From: a virus
Taxonomy: Duplodnaviria > Heunggongvirae > Uroviricota > Caudoviricetes
IMG/VR virus record: IMGVR_UViG_3300047159_000049
Direction: 5' to 3' (one strand)
Length of the DNA: 47,051 nt
Within the stretch, counting starts at the first letter, position 1. Each line of letters begins with the position of its first letter. Of this stretch, positions 8,534-17,533 are shown in pieces. The notes below the pieces were generated by a model that did not search any database, had not been told where the DNA came from, and worked only from the letters and a program-made list of their open reading frames with translations. Made by a program: the position numbers and the translations under genes.

Positions 8534-11449
8534 ATGGCAAGCGCAACATCATCGACTAACATCATATCGGCATCGAAGGCGGACATCTACGCCAAGCTCC
8601 TGGCAATCGCCGAGAAGGAGCTTCCGACAGACATCGACACGACCGACTTCCTTAAGTCGTCTCTGTTCGGATACGTCACCGAGAGCATGGCGATGATCGC
8701 CAGAGACTCGGCGATCCACAGCTCGATGATCTACAAGGAGTCGTTCCTCAATACCGCGACGATGCCGAAATCCGTGTATAACTGGGCCAAGATGTTCAAC
8801 ATCGAAGTCGGATACGCCACTCCGGCATACGCCGATATAACGGTCATGATCAGCAGCGACGTCCTCGACAATTACCTCGGAGACGGATCGGTGGCGATGT
8901 CGTCCGCGAAGTTCGCGGATTACGGAAGCGACGTGACGTCGGTCGTCGGAGACAGCAATTACGGCCGAGTCATCGTGCTCAACAGAAAAGACCCGTTCAT
9001 CGCAGGCAGCGTCAAATTCTCGCTCGAAAGATCCGTCATGATCTATAAAGGATCCCAGGAGTCCGGAAACGATTACGTCGCCAAATACGTATCGACTGAG
9101 CAGACCTCAACGTCTTATGGCACGTACAACAGCCCGTTCATCAGAATCACCAAGACGAGCGACGGGTCGATCGGATTCGTCGTGAGGGTTTATCAATACG
9201 AGACGCAAGAAACCAAGAAGCAGATCACCTCGTCATCGTTCATCAGCACCAAAGTGCATGAATTCACTTACACCAATCAGCTTGCCGGAATGCAGCTCAG
9301 CAGCACTAAGGGATCGGTAACGACCCAGGTGTCTCTCGATTACACCAATCTTGAGACGACTTCTTCCACCGACAGCACCGACGCCAGAGCGTATTACAGC
9401 ATTCTTGGAAACAACACGATCCAGGTGAAGTTCGGCGAATCGTTCGTTCCTACTGCCGGATGCACCCTTAAATTCGACGCATATTCAACGCTTGGGGCAT
9501 CCGGCGTCATGTCTTATTCAGACCAGCTCGTTCTTACCCCGTCCGACGAAACTTTCAAAAAGCTCGCAGTCTCCGCCTATATGACCGACGGAAAATCATA
9601 TGGCGGATCAGACGCTCCTACCCTCTCTGAGATCAAGAGCACCATCATCGATGAAATATCGACCCGCGACACGATCGTCACCGAATCCGATCTCAACTCC
9701 TACTTCCTCAAATTGACGAAAATGCTCAAGACCATAGACGGAGGGTCGATCACCTTCGCGAAGAAGAGAGACGATATCCTGAGAAGAGTCTTCGCGGCGT
9801 CGATCGAAATGAGAACCGGGCTTGACAGAGACGGAAACGCGGCGTCAAGCGGATATGTGTCCGAGGCGATTCCTACCGACACCCTAGACGTCGTTTACGC
9901 CAATCCGAAATCCCTTGGGTTCTCAATCGATTCGACTTATCCGGTTGTCGAAGCATCCGAATATTCTCAGGGATACAAATTCGGGGACAAAATGTCTGAT
10001 GCGGCAACGCAGGTGTCGTCCGTAAGCAACGGAATAGCCACGTACAAAGACTATTACATCATGCCTTTCTACGCTTACGTCACGCTATCGCCATACAAAC
10101 GGGTCAAATACATATACGATATGACGAATGACACGTCGTCTCTTTCATTTAGATCAGCGGCAAAGCTTGGCCCAGGCATGATCTCGCCTAACTCAGTTTC
10201 CGTAAAAAGAGGATTCAGCATAGACAGTTATGGCGGAATGATCAAATCGGCAAACTATGAGTTCGCGTTCACGTTCTCTGGGAATTACGACTTCGCCAAC
10301 CAATACTCCGCTTCCAATATCTCCATCGCGCTTAAGATGTACTCATCGGCCAACTCTTACGTGTCGATCGCCCTCGGAGACAGCAGCAACGAAGCGACCG
10401 GATCAACATACAAGATCGAATCGTCCCAATCGAGCACGAACAGCTCAGTCTACACAACGACAATAACAGCAAGCATTCCCGTGTATTCCGATTCAGAATT
10501 CTCAATGGAATCCGGAGGATCCTATGGAAGCTATATCAATCTCGGATCAGACGGAAGCATCAAATTGGCCGAAGACATCATGCCTGAGATAGACATCTCC
10601 GGATCAATCAGCTCAAGCGGAATCAGCATCGCCTGCAGATCGGATGAATACATGGGTCTATTCCGCAATCTTGACGATATCATTTCGTCAGACATCGAAG
10701 TCAAATCGACAGTCGCGGCCCCAGATGCCGCAACGGCAAAGGCAAACGTCACCGCTTTCTCAAGCGGATGGCTAACCGATTCCGATGGAGCCGACATAAC
10801 CCCGACGTCAGGTGTTTATAAGAAAGTAACGATCGACAGCAACACGTTCATAGTCAAAGGAAACGGAAGCAGCTGGGATCTGTCAACGGCCCCGTCAACC
10901 ATAAACTATCTCGTCATCGATGACGTTCCTCTCGTTCACTCATCGTACTTCTACAATGGAACAACCAGCTATGATGATTTCATCAAGCAGCTTTATATTT
11001 ACATCAATATGCTCCGCAGCAGCTTGAGCAAACTTGAAACCAACACTTTCTTCGATCTCAAATTCGCCAACACGCACGGCCGAGCTCACACCTATGGGAC
11101 GACCACCACCAACATCAGGCTCGAGCTTAAGATCTGGCTTAATTCCGGATACTACGACAGCACCGATTCAACCGGGCTGCAATCCGAGATACGCGATTGC
11201 ATAAGAATGTTCGTCGATTCCGCCAACTCAAACGGAGAGCTAAAAGTGTCGCAGGTCATCGCGCTGACGACGGCCGCCTTCCCAGATCAGATACACCATA
11301 TCGATTTCATGGGCCTCAATGGGACGTTCACGCAATACGTCAAAGCATTGTCGCTCACGGACAGCGAGAAATCGATGTATCCTAAAGAGTATTTCAATCT
11401 CGATTCGGCTAACCTTGACAACGACATCACCTTCAGCGAAGCTGATTGA
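8534..11449 (+). CDS. Baseplate wedge protein (T4 gp6/baseplate-J-like)
   Basis: 971 aa. N-terminal SSLFGYVTESM...ESFLNTATMPKSVYNWAKMFN..GYATPAYA and central GGSDAPTLSEIK...RDTIVTESDLNSYF are typical gp6-like blocks. Confidence 0.75.
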   Translation: MASATSSTNIISASKADIYAKLLAIAEKELPTDIDTTDFLKSSLFGYVTESMAMIARDSAIHSSMIYKESFLNTATMPKSVYNWAKMFNIEVGYATPAYADITVMISSDVLDNYLGDGSVAMSSAKFADYGSDVTSVVGDSNYGRVIVLNRKDPFIAGSVKFSLERSVMIYKGSQESGNDYVAKYVSTEQTSTSYGTYNSPFIRITKTSDGSIGFVVRVYQYETQETKKQITSSSFISTKVHEFTYTNQLAGMQLSSTKGSVTTQVSLDYTNLETTSSTDSTDARAYYSILGNNTIQVKFGESFVPTAGCTLKFDAYSTLGASGVMSYSDQLVLTPSDETFKKLAVSAYMTDGKSYGGSDAPTLSEIKSTIIDEISTRDTIVTESDLNSYFLKLTKMLKTIDGGSITFAKKRDDILRRVFAASIEMRTGLDRDGNAASSGYVSEAIPTDTLDVVYANPKSLGFSIDSTYPVVEASEYSQGYKFGDKMSDAATQVSSVSNGIATYKDYYIMPFYAYVTLSPYKRVKYIYDMTNDTSSLSFRSAAKLGPGMISPNSVSVKRGFSIDSYGGMIKSANYEFAFTFSGNYDFANQYSASNISIALKMYSSANSYVSIALGDSSNEATGSTYKIESSQSSTNSSVYTTTITASIPVYSDSEFSMESGGSYGSYINLGSDGSIKLAEDIMPEIDISGSISSSGISIACRSDEYMGLFRNLDDIISSDIEVKSTVAAPDAATAKANVTAFSSGWLTDSDGADITPTSGVYKKVTIDSNTFIVKGNGSSWDLSTAPSTINYLVIDDVPLVHSSYFYNGTTSYDDFIKQLYIYINMLRSSLSKLETNTFFDLKFANTHGRAHTYGTTTTNIRLELKIWLNSGYYDSTDSTGLQSEIRDCIRMFVDSANSNGELKVSQVIALTTAAFPDQIHHIDFMGLNGTFTQYVKALSLTDSEKSMYPKEYFNLDSANLDNDITFSEAD

Positions 11450-11468
11450 TGCTGCAAAATCGAGTGAC

Positions 11469-11482
11469 GAACAATATATTAT
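11469..11482 (+). promoter_or_regulatory. Putative phage late promoter GAACAATATATTAT
   Basis: Recurrent motif; implies the next gene starts at 11521 (GGAGG at 11508-11512), not 11446. Confidence 0.6.
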
Positions 11483-11520
11483 CGAAATTCGCAAGACATT
11501 CGACATCGGAGGCATCACAG

Positions 11521-12876
11521 ATGGATGCATACAGACCGCGCAAAACCCAATACGATAAAACACTCGAGACCATCGCAGGCATAAAAGACCGCGAGCTCCG
11601 TGAGGCCGATGCTGCGGAGAAAAAAGAAAATAATTCCATTTTCGAGAGCGCCAAATTCTCCCAGAACGCCGCCGTCGCAAGACGCTTAGCCGCCAAGCGC
11701 AACGCCGTTCTTGAGTCACAATATGACGGGCGCGTCGCCGAAATAGGACTCGAATTCGCATTGGCCGAGGCAGCCTCGCGCGCGCTTCCTCTTGACCATG
11801 ACGAATACAGCAAGCTAAACCCGAAGTACGTCACCGAGATCTACGAATCGATCTGCGACGCATTCAAAGGCCCCGTCAGCACCGACAATCTCTCTCCGGC
11901 AGTCAAAGTGATCCTCGAAGGAATCCGCAAAGCCGCCCCTGAGAAATCAGAAGGAATCCTCATGGAAGACAAGAGCCTCCACGATAAGCTTCTCATGAGC
12001 CTCCAAGATGACGAAGACGTCAACAAAGCAATCGATTCGCTCAGCGCCGGAGTCCGCGACAACGTCGCAGGCATCGTCGCCAACGATCAGAAAGAAGCCG
12101 ATCAGATCAACGCCGCCATCGATGACATCAAGACCGCCAAAGACATCGCGGCCGAGAAAGCCCAGCAAGATCAGCTCGCCCAGCAGCAAGCCGTCGATCA
12201 GCAATCGGCTCAGGACGCGGCAGCCGCGCAGCAAGCGCAGGCTGACGATCCTGCCACTTACGACCCCAATTACGTCGCAGACCCCAACGCAGCCGCGGCT
12301 CAGCCCGACGTCGCCCAGCAAGGAAAAGACGTCAGCGTCACCGTCGGCGGAACGACAATCACCGTCCATAACGAGAGCTATGCCAAGAACGCCCCTGTAC
12401 GCGGAATAGTCGAAGCCCTTTCGCTCAAAGAGTCGCTCAATATGCTTGACGAAGGCAAAGACTACAACGCCGATCTCGCATTGGCGAATGCCATCAAGAC
12501 CATCACCGTCCTGGAAACCCTCAACGCCAGCGGATTGGTCCACGTCGGCCATGCCGGATACGCCCGCCTTCTCGAGAACATCGGAAAGACCTCCGCATGC
12601 AAATCGAAGATCATGCGCAGACAGCTCAAAGAGGACGAATGCGAAGACGACACCGGCAAGTGCGCCGGAGAGCCAGTCAAGACCATCGCCGACATCGCCG
12701 CGGAGAAGAAAGCCGCAGGCAACGGCGGATCGGTAGCGGGATTCCCTGATGGGTATTTCGCAACCAAGAGCACGTATTCGGTCCGCAAGAGCAACGGATA
12801 CGACGCGCCGGCAGACCCCAACGCCTACATCAGCGACGGCGGAGCCCCAGCGGTCTCGACCGAAGCCGGAAAATAA
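11521..12876 (+). CDS. Putative virion (head-associated) protein with a Gln/Ala-rich low-complexity linker
   Basis: Start reassigned from 11446 using the RBS and late motif. LANAIKTITVLETLNASGLV resembles a recurring jumbo-phage virion protein block. Confidence 0.6.
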   Translation: MDAYRPRKTQYDKTLETIAGIKDRELREADAAEKKENNSIFESAKFSQNAAVARRLAAKRNAVLESQYDGRVAEIGLEFALAEAASRALPLDHDEYSKLNPKYVTEIYESICDAFKGPVSTDNLSPAVKVILEGIRKAAPEKSEGILMEDKSLHDKLLMSLQDDEDVNKAIDSLSAGVRDNVAGIVANDQKEADQINAAIDDIKTAKDIAAEKAQQDQLAQQQAVDQQSAQDAAAAQQAQADDPATYDPNYVADPNAAAAQPDVAQQGKDVSVTVGGTTITVHNESYAKNAPVRGIVEALSLKESLNMLDEGKDYNADLALANAIKTITVLETLNASGLVHVGHAGYARLLENIGKTSACKSKIMRRQLKEDECEDDTGKCAGEPVKTIADIAAEKKAAGNGGSVAGFPDGYFATKSTYSVRKSNGYDAPADPNAYISDGGAPAVSTEAGK

Positions 12877-12880
12877 AAAT

Positions 12881-12913
12881 AAAAGCCCGGACGATCAAGT
12901 TCGGGCTTTTCTT
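12881..12913 (+). terminator. Rho-independent terminator
   Basis: AAAAGCCCG...CGGGCTTTT stem with a T-tract. Confidence 0.85.
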
Positions 12914-12941
12914 CGCTTGGCAGACATGATATAGTCATTGT

Positions 12942-13328
12942 ATGGAACACAAAGTAATAGTGGCTAAGGCCATCTCTCAGATCTACAAAATACCAGCAGA
13001 AAGCATCGAATGCGCCGCGGCGCCTCAATCATTCTGCGCACCATCGCGCAGCAACGGCAGCTGCGTGAGCTATAGCGTGCACACCCCAGTCAAATGCGTA
13101 GAAGCCGACTCTTTTGTGACGATCGACCCATCCAGAATAATCCAGGTATTTGGTTCAGGCTACAAAGAAACCGTTGTCTATATGTCTGAGATCTCCGGAT
13201 CCGAAATGCTTCCGATCGGATTCAGGCTAGACATGCCGTTTCCAGATTTCATCGAGGCGATGAGCCATTGCGGATACGGCATATGGGGCCTTCAGCCATC
13301 AAGCATTCGAGTAGACGACAAAATCTAA
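12942..13328 (+). CDS. Hypothetical protein, C-terminal tag family (SSIRVDDKI)
   Basis: 128-aa ORF preceded by an extended -10-like TGATATAGT (12927-12935). Confidence 0.7.
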   Translation: MEHKVIVAKAISQIYKIPAESIECAAAPQSFCAPSRSNGSCVSYSVHTPVKCVEADSFVTIDPSRIIQVFGSGYKETVVYMSEISGSEMLPIGFRLDMPFPDFIEAMSHCGYGIWGLQPSSIRVDDKI

Positions 13329-13344
13329 TCCTGCAGAACAGCGC

Positions 13345-13358
13345 CACCAATTAATTAT
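13345..13358 (+). promoter_or_regulatory. Variant late promoter CACCAATTAATTAT
   Basis: Deviates from the GAACAATnnATTAT consensus at two positions (ACCA for AACA); intergenic. Confidence 0.45.
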
Positions 13359-13408
13359 ATTTATCATCACGGCTTCTCGGATTGAGAAGCACGCAAAGAG
13401 GCAACGCT

Positions 13409-14053
13409 ATGCCGAATCAGAAACAACTGCCTATCCGCATCAAGACGCTGGACCGGGACAACTTCCGGACCTACTATCTATGGCGAGACGACGCTTCCCG
13501 CCAAGCCTGGCTATTCTTCTCCTACAACACCCAAGGTAGCCATGACAATTATTCAAGAGGGGACATCTTCCCGTGCGCGGGAATCGCCCTTCCGCCGAGG
13601 CTTGCCAGAATCATGGGCATCAGCAAGCTCGGAGCCGAATTGGGAGAAGCCTATGGAGTCAAAGAGACGTCGCTCATCAATTCGCTCAAAGAGCCTACCA
13701 AGCACGAAGACGACGTCGCCGAAAGAGTGGCTGCCGGAGGAGATACCAAATTCAAGCCTAAGCAGTGGCGCAATTCGGAGAAGACATATTACAAAGACGA
13801 ATCCGTTTTCATGAAATCCCTCATGCTCGAAGCGTATGAGGAAGCCCAGGAAGACATCGAATCCGAAAGCCATCTTCCCGAAGATCAGCGCAAATTCGTC
13901 ATCAAGCAGATACCGCTGCAGGATTTCTACAAAGAAGTTGATAGGCTCTACTACACGGAAGGATACTCATTCCCGATCGTGACCGAAGGGCTTAAGTCGG
14001 CAAAGCGAAAGCAAGCCAGAGCCGCCAAGAAAGCGGAAGCCGAATCAAAATGA
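13409..14053 (+). CDS. Hypothetical protein
   Basis: AGAGG RBS supports ATG 13409 (MPNQKQ); terminator follows. Confidence 0.75.
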   Translation: MPNQKQLPIRIKTLDRDNFRTYYLWRDDASRQAWLFFSYNTQGSHDNYSRGDIFPCAGIALPPRLARIMGISKLGAELGEAYGVKETSLINSLKEPTKHEDDVAERVAAGGDTKFKPKQWRNSEKTYYKDESVFMKSLMLEAYEEAQEDIESESHLPEDQRKFVIKQIPLQDFYKEVDRLYYTEGYSFPIVTEGLKSAKRKQARAAKKAEAESK

Positions 14054-14057
14054 CAAG

Positions 14058-14086
14058 AAGGACGGATCGAAAGGTCCGCCCTTTTC
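14058..14086 (+). terminator. Rho-independent terminator
   Basis: AAGG-A-CGGATC-GAAA-GGTCCG-C-CCTT followed by TT; GNRA loop. Confidence 0.75.
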
Positions 14087-14102
14087 AATACTCGCCAAGG
14101 AA

Positions 14103-14166
14103 ATATATCATTTTTGCGACAAAGAGCGAAGCATCTATTGACTTCGCCTTTTAGCAAGCTTAAACT
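14103..14166 (+). promoter_or_regulatory. Tandem promoters: phage-type ATATATCAT (14103-14111) and sigma-A-type TTGACT-N17-TAAACT (14138-14166)
   Basis: Motifs read directly; spacing of 17 counted. A TAGCAA/TTGCTA inverted repeat overlaps the -10. Confidence 0.6.
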
Positions 14167-14197
14167 TTTGCTAGTCAGAATCACAAGGAGACGCATT

Positions 14198-14734
14198 ATG
14201 CCAAATTCAGACAAGATGCTTTTCGTTCATTATGGATCGAACCATTTCGATCCGCATAAATTCGATGACGTCAAGAATCTCAGCAGCTGGTTCTATCATA
14301 AGCCGCACGGCGGGCTTTGGGGCACTCCTTCGTCAGGGAAAACCGGATGGAAGGAATGGTGCATCGAAGAGAACTACCGCGTCGATCAGCTGTCGGAGTC
14401 TTTCAGATTCAGGATCCGCAAAGGGTCCAACGTCCTGGTCGTCCACAAAAAATCAGATCTAGCTCCGTTCATCATCGTCGAAGGAGGATGCTATTTCAAT
14501 GATCTGATCGGCGTCAAATGCGACAGGATCGACTTCGAATCCGTCAAGCAGCATTATGATGCCATAGTCGCCATCAAAAGCAATTTCGACGAAGATCTGT
14601 TCGGATACAAAGAGACCCCGTCCAAGAAGACAAAGGGGTCATATGATTGGCAGCCTCAGATACTGTATGGATGGGATTGCGACAGCATCCTCGTCCTCAA
14701 CAGAGGCTGCGTCGTTGAGGAATTTAAAAAATAA
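14198..14734 (+). CDS. Hypothetical protein, possible ADP-ribosyltransferase-like fold
   Basis: AAGGAG RBS supports ATG 14198. Motifs FVHYG...KPHGGLWGTP...WKEWC...LYGWDCDSILVLN. Confidence 0.5.
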   Translation: MPNSDKMLFVHYGSNHFDPHKFDDVKNLSSWFYHKPHGGLWGTPSSGKTGWKEWCIEENYRVDQLSESFRFRIRKGSNVLVVHKKSDLAPFIIVEGGCYFNDLIGVKCDRIDFESVKQHYDAIVAIKSNFDEDLFGYKETPSKKTKGSYDWQPQILYGWDCDSILVLNRGCVVEEFKK

Positions 14735-14755
14735 TTCCCGGAAAGGAGAATCGTT

Positions 14756-16396
14756 ATGATAGATGCGAAAGCAAAGGAGACCAAAGAGTTCAACGATGCA
14801 TTGGCGTCAGATGATTTCGTCAAGAACAACAGACTGGTCTCTCAGATCATCGACAGATGGTACTGCGACTTAAAAGGCATGCTCAAAAAGCATGCCGATT
14901 GCCCAGTGGCAACCATCTTCCTGTCTGGATACGACATCTTCACGTACAAAGGAGACGACAGCAGCCAAGACAAAATATACGCAGCCAGCCTTACATCTCA
15001 ATTGAGCGGAGACACGTTCTTCATAAGATACGGCAAGGTCGTCAAAAACAAAAGCACTAATCAAGACGATTTGGAATACACCGAAGACGTCGATAAAATA
15101 GAATCGTTCTCGGATAAGCTTTCGTTCGGAGGGCACGACGGAGAGATGATCTCGCGCAACCTGTTCTGCATGCTGATCGGCGGCATGTCGAAAGACGTTC
15201 TCGTCAAAATAAGAGCCAGAGACCTTTACACTAGCTTTGACTCCGATAGATGCCAGGTGCTGACAGGAAACCGCGGAAGCATCGCTGATCTATATCGCTG
15301 GAACGACAGAAACCAAGACGTCGCCAGCATGGTTGACAGCGCTATCGCCGATACGATCTCCACTCTTGGAAACGGATCGTGCGTATCAAGACGATACCTA
15401 CAAAAGTACGCCTGCGAGTCAAAGCCTTTCTTATACGTAACGGTCGCCAACATGGCGCATGACTTCTCTGAGGCAGGGTCGATGTCCGCTGCATCTGAAA
15501 GATACAGCAACAGCAGCTATCGATGCTATCTTTATTGGCCGCTCGTCATGTTCTCTGAATACAACGCATACGACACCTCCTCATATACTAATGATAGGGA
15601 AAACGGCATCCGCGAAAGCACCAAAGAAGTCCTCACGTACTATTTCGGGAAGGACTATCTCAAACGCAAAGACGCCAAGATCATCAGCGCCGCGTCCGAC
15701 GTCGTCGCCGCGTCGAAAGAAAAACGCGCTTCAGACATAATCAGAACATCGGACGTCGTCATGCTGTGCGACGAAGTCAATTTCATAAACAGCAATAAGG
15801 ACAAGTCTGACTCAGGCGGCGGCTTCCCATTCTACGACGATACCGCATACAGCCATATATACGGACTGAAATTCGATAAGTCAGGCGTCATCAGAAAGCG
15901 CAAGGATAAGGAAAAGGCAAACGTGGTCGCGTCGTGGCTCATCGAAGACGGCAATCCGATGACCGACGTCAAAGGCGACCAGATAGAAGCTCAGATCGTC
16001 GGGTCTTCTTTCCTTAAAAAGACCTTCGACGCAAATGGGTACATCGCCATTCCTACCGAAAGCGTTCTTGACGTCCCCAACGAAACGCTGTCTAATTACA
16101 GAGACTTCATATTCGTCAAGAAGTCAAGCATCGACAAGATCGGCCTGTACATCGACGTCAGCGTCTCCAGCAGCTCATACGACAAATCAAAAGTATACCA
16201 GCTTATTCTCAGATTCGGAAAAGGCTATCACATCGACGTGGCCAGATTCACGGTGACCAGCAAAAACAAACTGGATCATTATGGAACCGAGATCGAGGAT
16301 TTCGATCTAGCCAAAGTGAGAAATACCATCTCATGCGGAGGGATCATCCCGACAGCCGGATTCGACGCCGTGTTCGTCAGAGCTGAGATCGGCTAA
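14756..16396 (+). CDS. Hypothetical protein
   Basis: 546-aa ORF with an AAAGGAG RBS; no recognisable domain. Confidence 0.8.
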   Translation: MIDAKAKETKEFNDALASDDFVKNNRLVSQIIDRWYCDLKGMLKKHADCPVATIFLSGYDIFTYKGDDSSQDKIYAASLTSQLSGDTFFIRYGKVVKNKSTNQDDLEYTEDVDKIESFSDKLSFGGHDGEMISRNLFCMLIGGMSKDVLVKIRARDLYTSFDSDRCQVLTGNRGSIADLYRWNDRNQDVASMVDSAIADTISTLGNGSCVSRRYLQKYACESKPFLYVTVANMAHDFSEAGSMSAASERYSNSSYRCYLYWPLVMFSEYNAYDTSSYTNDRENGIRESTKEVLTYYFGKDYLKRKDAKIISAASDVVAASKEKRASDIIRTSDVVMLCDEVNFINSNKDKSDSGGGFPFYDDTAYSHIYGLKFDKSGVIRKRKDKEKANVVASWLIEDGNPMTDVKGDQIEAQIVGSSFLKKTFDANGYIAIPTESVLDVPNETLSNYRDFIFVKKSSIDKIGLYIDVSVSSSSYDKSKVYQLILRFGKGYHIDVARFTVTSKNKLDHYGTEIEDFDLAKVRNTISCGGIIPTAGFDAVFVRAEIG

Positions 16397-16445
16397 AAAG
16401 AAGGGTCTCTTTCGAAAGAGCCCTTCTTATTTTTTTTTATTTTTT
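16397..16445. terminator. Bidirectional terminator between convergent genes
   Basis: AAGAAGGG-T-CTCTTTCGAAAGAG-CCCTTCTT with A- and T-tracts on the two sides. Confidence 0.85.
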
Positions 16446-16452
16446 CCGGAAA

Positions 16453-17484
16453 CTACTTCGCGGCTGGGGCGGCTTTGGCAGCGGTCTGCTCATCGACTGG
16501 GGCTTGCGCCTCGGCTTGGGCTTCCTCATCTGCCTGAGCGTCATCTTCGCCTTGGCCATCGGCTTCGTCAGACGCGTCTTCGCCTCCGTCATTGACTTCG
16601 GCGTCGACCTCAGCAAGGCGTCTCGAAAGCTTGTATTGGCACTCAAGCTCAAGCTCATATGCTTTGGCATCGAGCTCTGATTTAGCGCCATCGGATAAGC
16701 CAAGCGACTCATCGTCTCTGGTAGCGCGGATCCAATGAATGATCTCACCGAATCCTTCGCGGACTTTGTAGAAAGCGTAATCGGCGTCGACGGCGGTTAC
16801 CTCAGTCACGGTATCGACATTCTGAAGAACCTCAGTCCAAGTCGGCTCGACGCGGCCATATTGCATGAGCAATTCGATGATCGCATCCGACATTCCGGCT
16901 ACTTCGTCATAGTATTTTCCGAGAAGCTCATGGTCTTGGAGCCAATTGCCTCCGGCGAGCATATGATGATAGATCTTGAAGTCCTCGTATCTTGCCTTCA
17001 GAACGCACATAAGCATCAATGCGGGATCCGCGTCGGCCTGGGCTTGCTCCGCTTCCGCCTCTTCAACGAGGAATTTCTTGACTTCGTTGAGCTCGGCGAG
17101 GCGCTTTCCATACTCTTTCATGAGGGGAGCCCATCTCGGCTGAGACGCCAAAGTAACCATCTGGTCTTCCTTGAGAATGCCATCGGAGCCATTAGTGACT
17201 TTCTTCGAAATCGCTGAGCAATAGGCCATGTCCTCTTTGAGGATCTGCTTAAGCTCTTCGCGATCGATCTTTGCTGACTCAGCAACAGCTTCTTTCTTGG
17301 TTTTCATAGGCTTTTTACTTCCCTCGATTTGTTTGGCGGAGATCTTCACGCCTTTGTTAGACATATATTTATTCAGCTTGTGGATTACGTTATAGTTTAT
17401 CTTTCCGTGCTTTCCGACGAGCAATCTGGCATATGCCGCCATTGACTCGTGCTTGTTTCCGGATGGATTGCCATTCTTTTCCAT
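16453..17484 (-). CDS. dps: Dps/ferritin-like domain protein with a long N-terminal extension, late-expressed
   Basis: KIYHHMLAGGNWLQDHELLGKYYDEVAGMSDAIIE carries H-x11-H-x14-D-x3-E, the spacing of the Dps ferroxidase ligands. Confidence 0.7.
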   Translation of the reverse strand: MEKNGNPSGNKHESMAAYARLLVGKHGKINYNVIHKLNKYMSNKGVKISAKQIEGSKKPMKTKKEAVAESAKIDREELKQILKEDMAYCSAISKKVTNGSDGILKEDQMVTLASQPRWAPLMKEYGKRLAELNEVKKFLVEEAEAEQAQADADPALMLMCVLKARYEDFKIYHHMLAGGNWLQDHELLGKYYDEVAGMSDAIIELLMQYGRVEPTWTEVLQNVDTVTEVTAVDADYAFYKVREGFGEIIHWIRATRDDESLGLSDGAKSELDAKAYELELECQYKLSRRLAEVDAEVNDGGEDASDEADGQGEDDAQADEEAQAEAQAPVDEQTAAKAAPAAK

Positions 17485-17511
17485 TTACGCGCCGTCCTTA
17501 AATGATTGCAG

Positions 17512-17525
17512 ATAATCAATTGTTC
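17512..17525 (-). promoter_or_regulatory. Putative phage late promoter GAACAATTGATTAT
   Basis: 28 nt upstream of ATG 17484. Confidence 0.7.
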
Positions 17526-17533
17526 AGAGTTGA

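Noticed and set aside
14756-16396. C-terminal tag on the 546-aa ORF (FVRAEIG) and on 4536, 5243, 6270 and 27148
   Set aside because: The terminal residue and the 7th/8th-from-end positions do not fit the consensus.
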